In this document: positions 1-7,398 of the stretch, in pieces
Numbering within the stretch: the first letter of the stretch is position 1
How the letters are laid out: each line of letters starts with the position of its first letter
Source of the DNA: an uncultured Planctomycetaceae bacterium
Lineage (GTDB): Bacteria; Planctomycetota; Phycisphaerae; SM23-33
Length of the DNA stretch: 38,236 nucleotides
Assembly: GCA_964497475.1 (NCBI GenBank)
Contig: CAZCDM010000002.1
Span: 1 to 38,236 of the forward strand
Direction: 5' to 3'
Program-made: the position numbers and the translations under genes
The notes under the pieces: generated by a model
Database searches by the model: none
Told to the model about the DNA's origin: nothing
Seen by the model: the letters and a program-made list of their open reading frames with translations, nothing else

Positions 1-5
1 AAATT

Positions 6-54
6 GGAATTGTACAACAGGCTCGTAGGCCCTGTGGAATTGTGCAACAGGTTC
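6..54. repeat. Two direct copies of a 16-nt motif (ggaattgtRcaacagg) 30 bp apart. The second copy extends to a 19-nt unit that recurs inverted at 38186..38204.
   Basis: Positions 6-21 ggaattgtacaacagg and 36-51 ggaattgtgcaacagg match 15/16. Positions 36-54 ggaattgtgcaacaggttc are the exact reverse complement of 38186-38204. Confidence 0.8.
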
Positions 55-233
55 AAATCTTCGCCCGGTTTGCCGGCTGAGTGTGTATTGCGGCCGAAAG
101 GGCGACACCTGGGCAGTCGTATAATTATCGGGCCGGGCAACGAGGTGCTATTGGAGTACCCGCCCCGGCTAGACGATAAGCATCAGGACGAGACGTGTTC
201 GGGCGGGGGCCTGCAACCTGGCAAGGGGGTATC

Positions 234-866
234 ATGACAAGCATCGAATTGGATACCACGCAGCAGACGACTCATTCTGGCAAGCCCAGTTGGCTGGTGT
301 CGGTCTGGGTGCTTTCGGCGGTTCTGCTCTGGGGCGGAGCGACCGCGATCGGTTCGGCTCGGCTGGACGCACGCATGGTTCTCGGCGCGATGGTCCTGCT
401 GCTGTGGGGGTTATGGCTGTACAGCGAGCTGAGGCTCCGGCGGGTCAGGCGTCACCTCTGTGTTGAACCGGACGCGCCTCAAGCTCTGGCCCAAAACCAG
501 CGCAGCTGTTCCTGCACCGAGCGGGACATGATTTTCGACCTGCACTGCACCCTCAGCCGGCTGGAAGACGACCAGGAACTCTTTGCGACGATGGTCGAGC
601 TGTTTCTGCGCCAGCAGCCCAGGCAGAGCGAGGAACTCCATCGGGCCATCGAACAGCAGGACCGCGAACACCTGCTCTGGGCGATCCATCTTCTGCTGGG
701 CATGGTCGGCCAGTTCGATGCGCCCAAGACGCACAGCACGATCCAGCGGCTGTTGCGTCTGGCCCGCAGCGGCCAGTGGGATGCGCTCGCCCAGGCGGCG
801 ACCTGTCTGGACCGCGAGATCGCCAAGCTCCGGACGTCGCTGGCCTCGTACGTGCCCGGCTCGTGA
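234..866 (+). CDS. Membrane-anchored histidine-phosphotransfer (Hpt) domain protein
   Basis: ORF 195..866, with ATG 234 preceded by aaggggg (223-229). Two hydrophobic helices (SWLVSVWVLSAVLLWGGATAIG and MVLGAMVLLLWGLWLY) precede a helical C-terminal half. That half carries an Hpt-like signature around His codon 687-689 (LLWAIHLLLGMVGQFDA, compare HxLKGxxxxxG). GTG 195 is an alternative start. Confidence 0.55.
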   Translation: MTSIELDTTQQTTHSGKPSWLVSVWVLSAVLLWGGATAIGSARLDARMVLGAMVLLLWGLWLYSELRLRRVRRHLCVEPDAPQALAQNQRSCSCTERDMIFDLHCTLSRLEDDQELFATMVELFLRQQPRQSEELHRAIEQQDREHLLWAIHLLLGMVGQFDAPKTHSTIQRLLRLARSGQWDALAQAATCLDREIAKLRTSLASYVPGS

Positions 867-881
867 TTTGGCCGAAGGATA

Positions 882-2108
882 TCAGGGGGCCCTGGGTTGG
901 GGGATCGTGCCGGTGTCCTGGCCGAGTTCCAGCAGGGCCGCCTCCATCTCGAAGGCGGAGATCCGTCCGTCCTGGTCGAGGTTGTGCGCGTCGAGTCGCC
1001 GGTCGATCTCGGCCTGGAAGCCCTTGATGAACTGCTCGCGCTCGGCTTGATCGAGTCGGCCGCTGGCGTCGGCGTCGAATCGTTGGGTCAGCCCGTCGAG
1101 CCACTTGCCGATGCCCCGAGCCGCCTTTTCGCGAAAGGCCTGGCGCTCGGCCTCGGTGAGCTGGCCGTCGCCGTTGGTGTCCTGCCAGGCGGTCATCCGC
1201 AACTGCATGCGAATACCCACCACGAGCATCTCGTTACGCAGGGCCTTGGCCTCTTCGTCACTGATCTTGCCATCGCCATCGCGGTCGGCCATGCGCCGGT
1301 GGACATGCTGGCCGACCTCGCCGAGCTTCTGCTGGAAGGCGATGGTCGCCTCGTTCTCGTCGCCGTCGAGCTGGCCGTTGCCGTTGGCGTCGAAATGTTG
1401 CAGCAGGAAGCTCTCCCGCATGGCCGTGAAGGGCAGATTGTCCTGCTGGATGGCCTGCTGCTCGGCAGGGCTGATCTTGCCATCGCCGTCGGCATCGTAG
1501 CGGGCCAGCCGCTTTTGCCGTCGCTGCTCGGCCAGGGTGTTCTGCGCCACGCGGAGTTCCTCTTCATCGAGCACGCTGTCACCGTTGGCGTCGAACATGG
1601 CCAGCATCCGATCGTCGACGCGACCGATGGGGTTGGCCTGGCCCGGCGCGGGCTTGGACTTGGGGGCGGGGATCTTGCCGGCCTGGAGGGCTGCATTGGC
1701 GGCGGTTCGCTCCGGGCCTCGCAGGCGGCCGTTGTGGTCCGCGTCAAAGGCGGCCAGCACTCGCTTACGCAACGCCTCGCGGTACGCGTGGGCTTCGAAC
1801 CAGTCGATCGTACCGTTGCGGTTCTTGTCATGCGTTCGCATGGACTGGAAGGAATCGAACGGCCGGGCGAAGGCGTCTTTGCCGCCGGCCTGGGCGTTGG
1901 CGGCGAACTCCTCGGCGGACAGCTCGTTGTCCTTGCCGGCCGCCCGAAAAAACCGCTGCCGCTCCCGGCCTCGCTGGTAGGGATCGATCGGTCCGGTGCA
2001 ATGGTCCGGCGGCGGGGCAGCGGGCTGGCTGGACTGGGCCCGGCCTGGCCCGGCCGAAGCGACCAGCACCACACCGGCCATCGCGAGATGAATCATCCTC
2101 CACGTCAT
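882..2108 (-). CDS. Secreted multi-EF-hand calcium-binding protein with nine canonical loops
   Basis: N-terminal signal peptide (MIHLAMAGVVLVASAGPGRAQ). Nine 12-residue DxDxDG-type loops each ending in Glu: DKNRNGTIDWFE, DADHNGRLRGPE, DANGDSVLDEEE, DADGDGKISPAE, DANGNGQLDGDE, DRDGDGKISDEE, DTNGDGQLTEAE, DADASGRLDQAE, NLDQDGRISAFE. Confidence 0.8.
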   Translation of the reverse strand: MTWRMIHLAMAGVVLVASAGPGRAQSSQPAAPPPDHCTGPIDPYQRGRERQRFFRAAGKDNELSAEEFAANAQAGGKDAFARPFDSFQSMRTHDKNRNGTIDWFEAHAYREALRKRVLAAFDADHNGRLRGPERTAANAALQAGKIPAPKSKPAPGQANPIGRVDDRMLAMFDANGDSVLDEEELRVAQNTLAEQRRQKRLARYDADGDGKISPAEQQAIQQDNLPFTAMRESFLLQHFDANGNGQLDGDENEATIAFQQKLGEVGQHVHRRMADRDGDGKISDEEAKALRNEMLVVGIRMQLRMTAWQDTNGDGQLTEAERQAFREKAARGIGKWLDGLTQRFDADASGRLDQAEREQFIKGFQAEIDRRLDAHNLDQDGRISAFEMEAALLELGQDTGTIPQPRAP

Positions 2109-2241
2109 CCCATCATTATAAGGGGTCGGGCCGTCGTGTCGACGGGTTCATCGCAGCCTCGGGCGGGATTTCTCCGATACCTTCTATATGGTCCGGCGTT
2201 GTGTAGGGTATAATACCTCCTGCCGGCCCGGCCGGTTTCTT

Positions 2242-3906
2242 ATGAGTATCGCCGACGCACTGGTCAAGAAAGGGCTCATCAGCTCGGAGCAGCTTTCCGA
2301 GGCGGTCGAGCTGCGCCGCCAGCAGGGTCTGCGGCTGGACATGGCTCTGCTGGAACTCGGCCACGTTCGACAGGAAGACCTCCTCCACGCCATGGGCGAG
2401 CAGCTCTCGCTCGACGTCGTCGACCTGACGCAGGCCGAGATCGATGTCGAGGCCCTGCGATCCCTGCCGGCCCGGCTGGTCCACAAGAAAAAGCTCGTGC
2501 CCGTCTCGCGAGGCGAGTCGCACATGACCGTCGCCACCTGCGACCCCTACGACCTCTACGCTTTCGACGAGCTCCGCCTGCTGACGGGCCTGGAGATCGT
2601 GCCCGTGCTGGCGACCTCCGACGATATCGATTCGATCATCAAGACGCACTACGGCGTGGGGGGCAATACCGTCGACGAGATGATCGATGACGACGAGATC
2701 GAGGTCGAGGTTGACGAGAACTCCGAGGACCTCATGGAGATGGCCGAGGAGGCTTCGGTCATCAAGCTCGTCAACGAGATCTTCCTCGAGGCGATCAACG
2801 AGCGGGCGAGCGACATCCACATCGAGCCGTACGAAGAGAAGCTCCACATCCGCTACCGCATCGACGGCGTGCTCCAGCCGGCCAGCCTCCCACCGCAGAT
2901 CGACCGGTTCCGCTCGGCCATCACCAGCCGCATCAAAATCATGGCGCACCTGAACATCGCCGAGAAGCGGCTGCCACAGGACGGCCGCATCGACATGCGT
3001 GCCGGCGGCCGACAGGTCGACGTCCGCGTCAGTGTCATCCCGATGCTCTTTGGCGAGGGCATTGTGATGCGTCTGCTCGACAAGTCGCAGGTGCTTTACT
3101 CGCTGCCCGAGCTGGGCATGTTTGAGGATACCTTTGCCGAGTTCCACCAGATCATCCGTCGGCCGCACGGCATTATCCTGGTCACGGGCCCGACCGGCAG
3201 TGGCAAAACGACCACGCTCTACGCCTCGCTGCAGGAGATCGTCAACGCCGAGACCAAGGTCATCACCACCGAAGACCCCGTCGAGTATCACCTTGAGGGC
3301 GTCAATCAGATTCAGATTCGCCCGGACATCGGCCTGACGTTCGAGCGCGGGCTGCGGGCAATTCTTCGTCACGACCCGGACGTGATCATGATCGGCGAGA
3401 TTCGCGACCTGGAAACCGCCGAGGCCGCCATCCAGGCCGCCCTGACCGGGCACCTCGTGTTCAGCACGCTGCACACCAACGATGCCGTCTCGGCCGCGAC
3501 GCGTATGCTCGACATGGGGGTCGAGCCGTTCCTGGTGACCAGCACGCTGACGGCCGCCATGGCCCAGAGGCTGGTGCGGACGATCTGCCCCGACTGCAAG
3601 GAAGAGTATCAGCCGGACCCAGCCGACCTGCCGGCGGACTTCCAGCTCCAGCCGGGCCAGACGATTTTTCGCGGCGCCGGCTGCAAGCGGTGTCGCAACA
3701 GCGGCTACCAGGGGCGGGCGGGCATCTTCGAGCTGTGGCAGGTCAACGAGCCGGCCCGCGAGAAAATCATGGCCCGGGCGTCGACCAGTGAGATCGCCGC
3801 CGTTGCCCGCCAGGCCGGGCTGCAACTGCTTCGCGAAGATGGCTGGCGGAAGGTCCGCCAGGGCATTACCACGCCCGAGGAAGTCACCCGCACCACCCAG
3901 GCGTAA
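2242..3906 (+). CDS. gspE: Type II secretion / type IV pilus assembly ATPase (GspE/PilB family)
   Basis: ORF 2188..3906; the likely start is ATG 2242 (MSIADALVKKGLIS). It has a T2SSE_N-type N-terminus and a Walker A motif GPTGSGKTTT (3187-3213). It also has the Asp box/Walker B region (DPDVIMIGEIRD), a His box (TGHLVFSTLHTND) and the tetracysteine CPDC...CKRC motif typical of GspE. Confidence 0.93.
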   Translation: MSIADALVKKGLISSEQLSEAVELRRQQGLRLDMALLELGHVRQEDLLHAMGEQLSLDVVDLTQAEIDVEALRSLPARLVHKKKLVPVSRGESHMTVATCDPYDLYAFDELRLLTGLEIVPVLATSDDIDSIIKTHYGVGGNTVDEMIDDDEIEVEVDENSEDLMEMAEEASVIKLVNEIFLEAINERASDIHIEPYEEKLHIRYRIDGVLQPASLPPQIDRFRSAITSRIKIMAHLNIAEKRLPQDGRIDMRAGGRQVDVRVSVIPMLFGEGIVMRLLDKSQVLYSLPELGMFEDTFAEFHQIIRRPHGIILVTGPTGSGKTTTLYASLQEIVNAETKVITTEDPVEYHLEGVNQIQIRPDIGLTFERGLRAILRHDPDVIMIGEIRDLETAEAAIQAALTGHLVFSTLHTNDAVSAATRMLDMGVEPFLVTSTLTAAMAQRLVRTICPDCKEEYQPDPADLPADFQLQPGQTIFRGAGCKRCRNSGYQGRAGIFELWQVNEPAREKIMARASTSEIAAVARQAGLQLLREDGWRKVRQGITTPEEVTRTTQA

Positions 3907-3921
3907 GGCCGGGCGATCCGC

Positions 3922-5124
3922 ATGGCTACCTACCAGTACATTGCCAAAACCGCCCAGGGCGAATCGGTCAAGGGCACGATGCAGGGCGAGTCGGAATCGT
4001 CCGTGCTTCGCACGCTGGCCGAGCGGTCGCTGTTTCCCGTGCAGGTGGCCGAGCTGGATCAGGCCTCCGCGGCCGGTTCGCTGGTCGCACGCCGCGTCCG
4101 ACAGAGGGAGATCGGCCAGGCCTTCGGGCAGATGGCCGACCTGCTCCGCGCCGGCGTGCCGATTCTCCGAACGCTGGAGACGCTCGCCAAGGCCGCCAGC
4201 AATCCCGCCCTGCGAGAGACTCTCCAGAGCGTCTGCGACGAAGTCAGCAACGGCCGGACTCTCGCCGATTCACTCGGCGATCACCCCAGGCAGTTCACCA
4301 AGCTGCACACCTCGATGATCCACGCCGGCGAGGAGGCGGGCTTTCTCGAAGACGTCCTGGAAAATCTCGCCGCCTTCATCGAGCGGCAGGACGAGCTTCG
4401 CAGCAAGGTCCGCAGCATGCTGATGTACCCGGTCGTGCTGCTGGTGCTCGGGCTGGGGTTGCTGGTGGGCATCATGGTCCTGGTCGTGCCGAAGTTCAAA
4501 GGCTTCTTCGAGTCGATGACCCTGCCGGGCCCGACGCGGATTCTCTTCGCCGTCAGTGACCTGCTGACCCAGCGAATCGGGCTGCTCGTGGCGATCCTGG
4601 TCCTGCTGGTGATGGGCGCAGTGGCTCTGTTCCGCAGCGAGTTCGGCCGGTCGATGTGGCAGCGGCTTCGCCTGTCGATGCCCGTGCTCGGCGCGGTCAA
4701 TCGCAGCGTGGCTATCACCCGGTTCTGCCGCATCCTCGGAACGATGCTCCACAACGGCGTGCCGATTCTCCAGGCCCTGGAGATCAGCAAAGATGCGACC
4801 GGCTCGGAGATTCTCGCCGGACAGATCGCCGAAGCGGCGGAGAATGTGCGTGCGGGCGAGCCCCTGGCCGAGCCGTTTCGGCATACCCGGTTCTTCCCGC
4901 CTGACGTGCTGGAGATGATCGCCATCGCCGAGGAGTCCAACCAGATGGATCGCGTGCTGCTCCAGGTGGCCGACACCATCGAGACGCGCACCAACCGCAA
5001 GGTCGATGCGGCGGTGAGGTTGATCGAACCGTTGATTCTTGTCGTCCTGGCGGTGACAATCGGGTTTGTTGCCGTCGGGCTGCTCTACCCGATTTTCCTG
5101 ATGTCCCAGACCCTGACGGCCTGA
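3922..5124 (+). CDS. gspF: Type II secretion inner-membrane platform protein (GspF/PilC family)
   Basis: 400 aa. The two-fold repeated GspF architecture is visible (LADSLGDHPRQFTKLHTSMIHAGEEAGFLEDVL and LAEPFRHTRFFPPDVLEMIAIAEESNQMDRVL). Three hydrophobic segments are present. It lies 15 nt downstream of gspE. Confidence 0.93.
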   Translation: MATYQYIAKTAQGESVKGTMQGESESSVLRTLAERSLFPVQVAELDQASAAGSLVARRVRQREIGQAFGQMADLLRAGVPILRTLETLAKAASNPALRETLQSVCDEVSNGRTLADSLGDHPRQFTKLHTSMIHAGEEAGFLEDVLENLAAFIERQDELRSKVRSMLMYPVVLLVLGLGLLVGIMVLVVPKFKGFFESMTLPGPTRILFAVSDLLTQRIGLLVAILVLLVMGAVALFRSEFGRSMWQRLRLSMPVLGAVNRSVAITRFCRILGTMLHNGVPILQALEISKDATGSEILAGQIAEAAENVRAGEPLAEPFRHTRFFPPDVLEMIAIAEESNQMDRVLLQVADTIETRTNRKVDAAVRLIEPLILVVLAVTIGFVAVGLLYPIFLMSQTLTA

Positions 5125-5180
5125 GACGTGTTACACAAAAACCCCGATGCCTGAGACGGGTTATACCAAAACCCCGACGG
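5121..5180. repeat. Tandem imperfect 30-bp direct repeat (2 copies, 25/30 identical) in the gspF-gspG spacer
   Basis: 5121-5150 is ctgagacgtgttacacaaaaaccccgatgc and 5151-5180 is ctgagacgggttataccaaaaccccgacgg. Copy 1 contains the gspF stop codon (5122-5124). Confidence 0.75.
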
Positions 5181-5212
5181 GCCGTGACCCGCAACCGGAA
5201 AGGAATCACCAC

Positions 5213-5659
5213 ATGAAGCGAACCACAACCAACCGACTCGCCTTTACCCTCATCGAGGTTCTGTTGGTGATCGGTATTCTCGTAGTGCTCGGCGGCGTGG
5301 CCGTGGGCGTCTACTCCAAGGTCAAGAGCAGCTCCGACAACAAGGCGGCGACGATCCTTGTCGGCGACGTCGCCGCGCAGGTCGAGCGGTATCAGATCGA
5401 CATGGGAAGCTACCCGCAAGAAGAGGGCCTGACGCTGCTGATCGAAAAGCCCGAGGACGAAAAGCTCGCCGAGAAATGGGCCGGGCCTTACCTCAAGAAT
5501 GGCGTGATCCCCACCGACCCCTGGGGTGAGGAGATCAAGTACGAGAAGCTCGAATCGCAGGAAGGCACGGGCGCGCCGTTCAAGGTGTATTCCACCGGGC
5601 CCGACCGCGAGGAAGGCACGGACGATGATATCTCCAACGTCGTCGAGAAAACCGAATAG
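5213..5659 (+). CDS. gspG: Major pseudopilin, GspG family
   Basis: ORF 5147..5659; the likely start is ATG 5213 (ggaaagga upstream). Prepilin-type N-terminus MKRTTTNRLA/FTLIEVLLVIGIL, with Ala rather than Gly at -1. GspG core: VERYQIDMGSYPQEEGL, AGPYLKNGVIPTDPWGEEIKYE, VYSTGPDREEGTDDDISN (C-terminal acidic Ca-site-like loop). Confidence 0.9.
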   Translation: MKRTTTNRLAFTLIEVLLVIGILVVLGGVAVGVYSKVKSSSDNKAATILVGDVAAQVERYQIDMGSYPQEEGLTLLIEKPEDEKLAEKWAGPYLKNGVIPTDPWGEEIKYEKLESQEGTGAPFKVYSTGPDREEGTDDDISNVVEKTE

Positions 5660-6236
5660 CGGTTTCACGCTGGTCGAGATTCTCCTGGTTCTGGCCGTGC
5701 TGGTGACCCTCGGCAGTGCGATGGCCGTCAGCGTGGGCGTCTATTCCCACCGGCAGGACCTTTCCGGCGCGGGCGAGCAGTTCGCCACCGCGCTGCGGAT
5801 GGCGCGGGCCGAGTCGGCCCGGCTGGGCCGGCGGCTGCGGATCGACTTTGACTCCGCCTCGACCGACGAACCCTACCCGACCGTGCTCTACGAGCCCGAC
5901 CCGCTCACCCAGCCCGCCACGTTCGTTCCGCTGGAGCGAAGCTGGGTGAAGAAGTTCGCCGACGAGCGCATCCGCGTGCTGGTCAGCCTCCGCAGCGAAC
6001 CGCGCTACGACGACGCCATCGCCACCATCGATCCCGCCACCGGCGAGGTGCTCCACTCGATCGACTTCCAGCCCGACGGCTCGGCCGACAGCGCCCAGAT
6101 CGTGCTCGCCCCGGTCGACGAAGAGGACGGCCGACGCGTGCTGGTCACCCTGGCCGCACCGGCCGGGCGAATCACCGCGCAGCTGTTCTCCGCCGAGCAG
6201 TGGCAGGACGAAGGCCCAGACCTGGAGAGCCCTTGA
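5625..6236 (+). CDS. gspH: Minor pseudopilin, GspH-like
   Basis: ORF 5526..6236; ATG 5625 gives MISPTSSRKPNSG/FTLVEILLVLAVL, a prepilin methylation motif. The following segment LSGAGEQFATALRMARAESARLGRRLRIDF resembles the GspH domain. It overlaps the gspG 3' end by 35 nt. Confidence 0.7.
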   Translation: MISPTSSRKPNSGFTLVEILLVLAVLVTLGSAMAVSVGVYSHRQDLSGAGEQFATALRMARAESARLGRRLRIDFDSASTDEPYPTVLYEPDPLTQPATFVPLERSWVKKFADERIRVLVSLRSEPRYDDAIATIDPATGEVLHSIDFQPDGSADSAQIVLAPVDEEDGRRVLVTLAAPAGRITAQLFSAEQWQDEGPDLESP

Positions 6237-6667
6237 CGCAGCCGAGACGACAACCTCGCATCCGCCGTGCGGTGGCCCTGCTGGAGGTGGTCCTGGCCAT
6301 CAGCATCGTCGTCATCGCCGCAGCCGTCATCCAGGGCAGCTACGTCGCCACCACCGCCGCGACGGCTCGCATGCAGCAGCAGGTCCGCGCGGAAAATCTC
6401 GCCGCGACCATTCTCGCCCGCGTTCGGCTCGGGCTGATCGATCCGGTTGCCGCCGGGCCGAATGATTTCGAATCGCTCTACCCCGACCGCGCCGGGTGGA
6501 CCTGGCAGATCGAGGTCGCCACCGAGCCGCTGGACACCGACGGCCCCGAAGCGACCCGCGTGGAGGTCCTCGTGACCAGCCCCGACGCACGCGTCCGCCA
6601 GCGCCTCGCCCAGTGGTTCCTCCCGGCCGTCAGCCAGCCCGCCCAAGCCATCGAGGTGGTCGAATGA
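6233..6667 (+). CDS. gspI: Minor pseudopilin, GspI-like
   Basis: ORF 6200..6667 (GTG 6200). TTG 6233 would form a TTGA overlap with the gspH stop, matching the coupling seen elsewhere in the operon. The N-terminus RRA/VALLEVVLAISIVVIAAAV has Glu at +5. Its small size (about 145 aa) fits GspI. The start is uncertain. Confidence 0.55.
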   Translation: MTQPRRQPRIRRAVALLEVVLAISIVVIAAAVIQGSYVATTAATARMQQQVRAENLAATILARVRLGLIDPVAAGPNDFESLYPDRAGWTWQIEVATEPLDTDGPEATRVEVLVTSPDARVRQRLAQWFLPAVSQPAQAIEVVE

Positions 6668-7398
6668 ACCTCGCCCGCCATCGCCATGCAGCAGGGGGGT
6701 TCACACTGCTGGAGGTTATCCTGGCTGTGTCGTTGACGGTGATGCTGGTCAGCGGACTGTTCGCGCTGTACTTCACCGGGCAGAAAACCGCCCAGGCCGT
6801 CACGCGCCGCCAGGAGCAGCTCCTGGCCCAGCGGTTGGTGATGCGGCAGATCGCCGCCGAGCTGGAGTCGGCCTTGGTCTACGGCGCGCTGGCTCGGGGC
6901 ATGGACGGCCAGCCCGACCAGGCGACCTGGCCCAGCGCAGCACTGCCCGGCCCGGCCGCGTGGATTCCTCCGCGCACCGGCCAGCCCGCCCGCGCCCCGC
7001 AGGGCGACGTGCGGTTCGTCGGCTACCGGCTGCGATACGAACAGGGCGACGACCTGGCCGAGCCGATCCTCGTCGGCCTGGAGCGAACCTGCCAGACCAT
7101 CCTCGACCCGCGCGTGATCGAAGAATCCGAGCAGGACAGTGACGCCACCGTGCGGACGCAACTGCTCTCGACGCAGATCCGCACCTTGCAATTCCGCTAC
7201 TTCAACGGCAGCACCTGGAGCGACACCTGGGCCACGCCCGACCTGCCGGCCGCGGTGGAGATCACCCTCGGCACGGACCTTCCGCCAGGCCAGGGCCAAG
7301 AGCCCGACCCGGCCACGATCGTCCGTCGCGTGGTGACGCTCCCGGCCAGCGAGGCTCTCTTCGATGGCGGCGTGCGCGGGTTGGAGGGGTCGCCATGA
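6664..7398 (+). CDS. gspJ: Minor pseudopilin, GspJ-like
   Basis: ORF 6496..7398; ATG 6664 overlaps the gspI stop (ATGA). It gives MNLARHRHAAGG/FTLLEVILAVSLTVMLVSGLF. The C-terminal segment LQFRYFNGSTWSDTW...PAAVEITL is GspJ/PulJ-like. Confidence 0.65.
   Translation: MNLARHRHAAGGFTLLEVILAVSLTVMLVSGLFALYFTGQKTAQAVTRRQEQLLAQRLVMRQIAAELESALVYGALARGMDGQPDQATWPSAALPGPAAWIPPRTGQPARAPQGDVRFVGYRLRYEQGDDLAEPILVGLERTCQTILDPRVIEESEQDSDATVRTQLLSTQIRTLQFRYFNGSTWSDTWATPDLPAAVEITLGTDLPPGQGQEPDPATIVRRVVTLPASEALFDGGVRGLEGSP

Noticed and set aside
6-54. The possibility that the left-end direct repeats belong to a CRISPR array, or that the 19-bp inverted ends delimit a transposon or island.
   Set aside because: There are only two direct copies of a 16-nt unit with a 30-bp period, which is too short and too few for CRISPR, and there are no cas genes. 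The 38 kb between the inverted copies is core metabolism plus a secretion operon. No transposase, integrase or target-site duplication is visible.
47-70. A tRNA-like T-loop string (aggttcaaatc) near the left end.
   Set aside because: The flanking sequence does not form a T-stem, an acceptor stem or an anticodon arm. No cloverleaf can be drawn.
4-237. A 77-aa ORF in the left-end leader (TTG start).
   Set aside because: It has no recognisable motif and no RBS, and it spans the AT-rich intergenic repeat region. It is most likely non-coding leader or promoter DNA.
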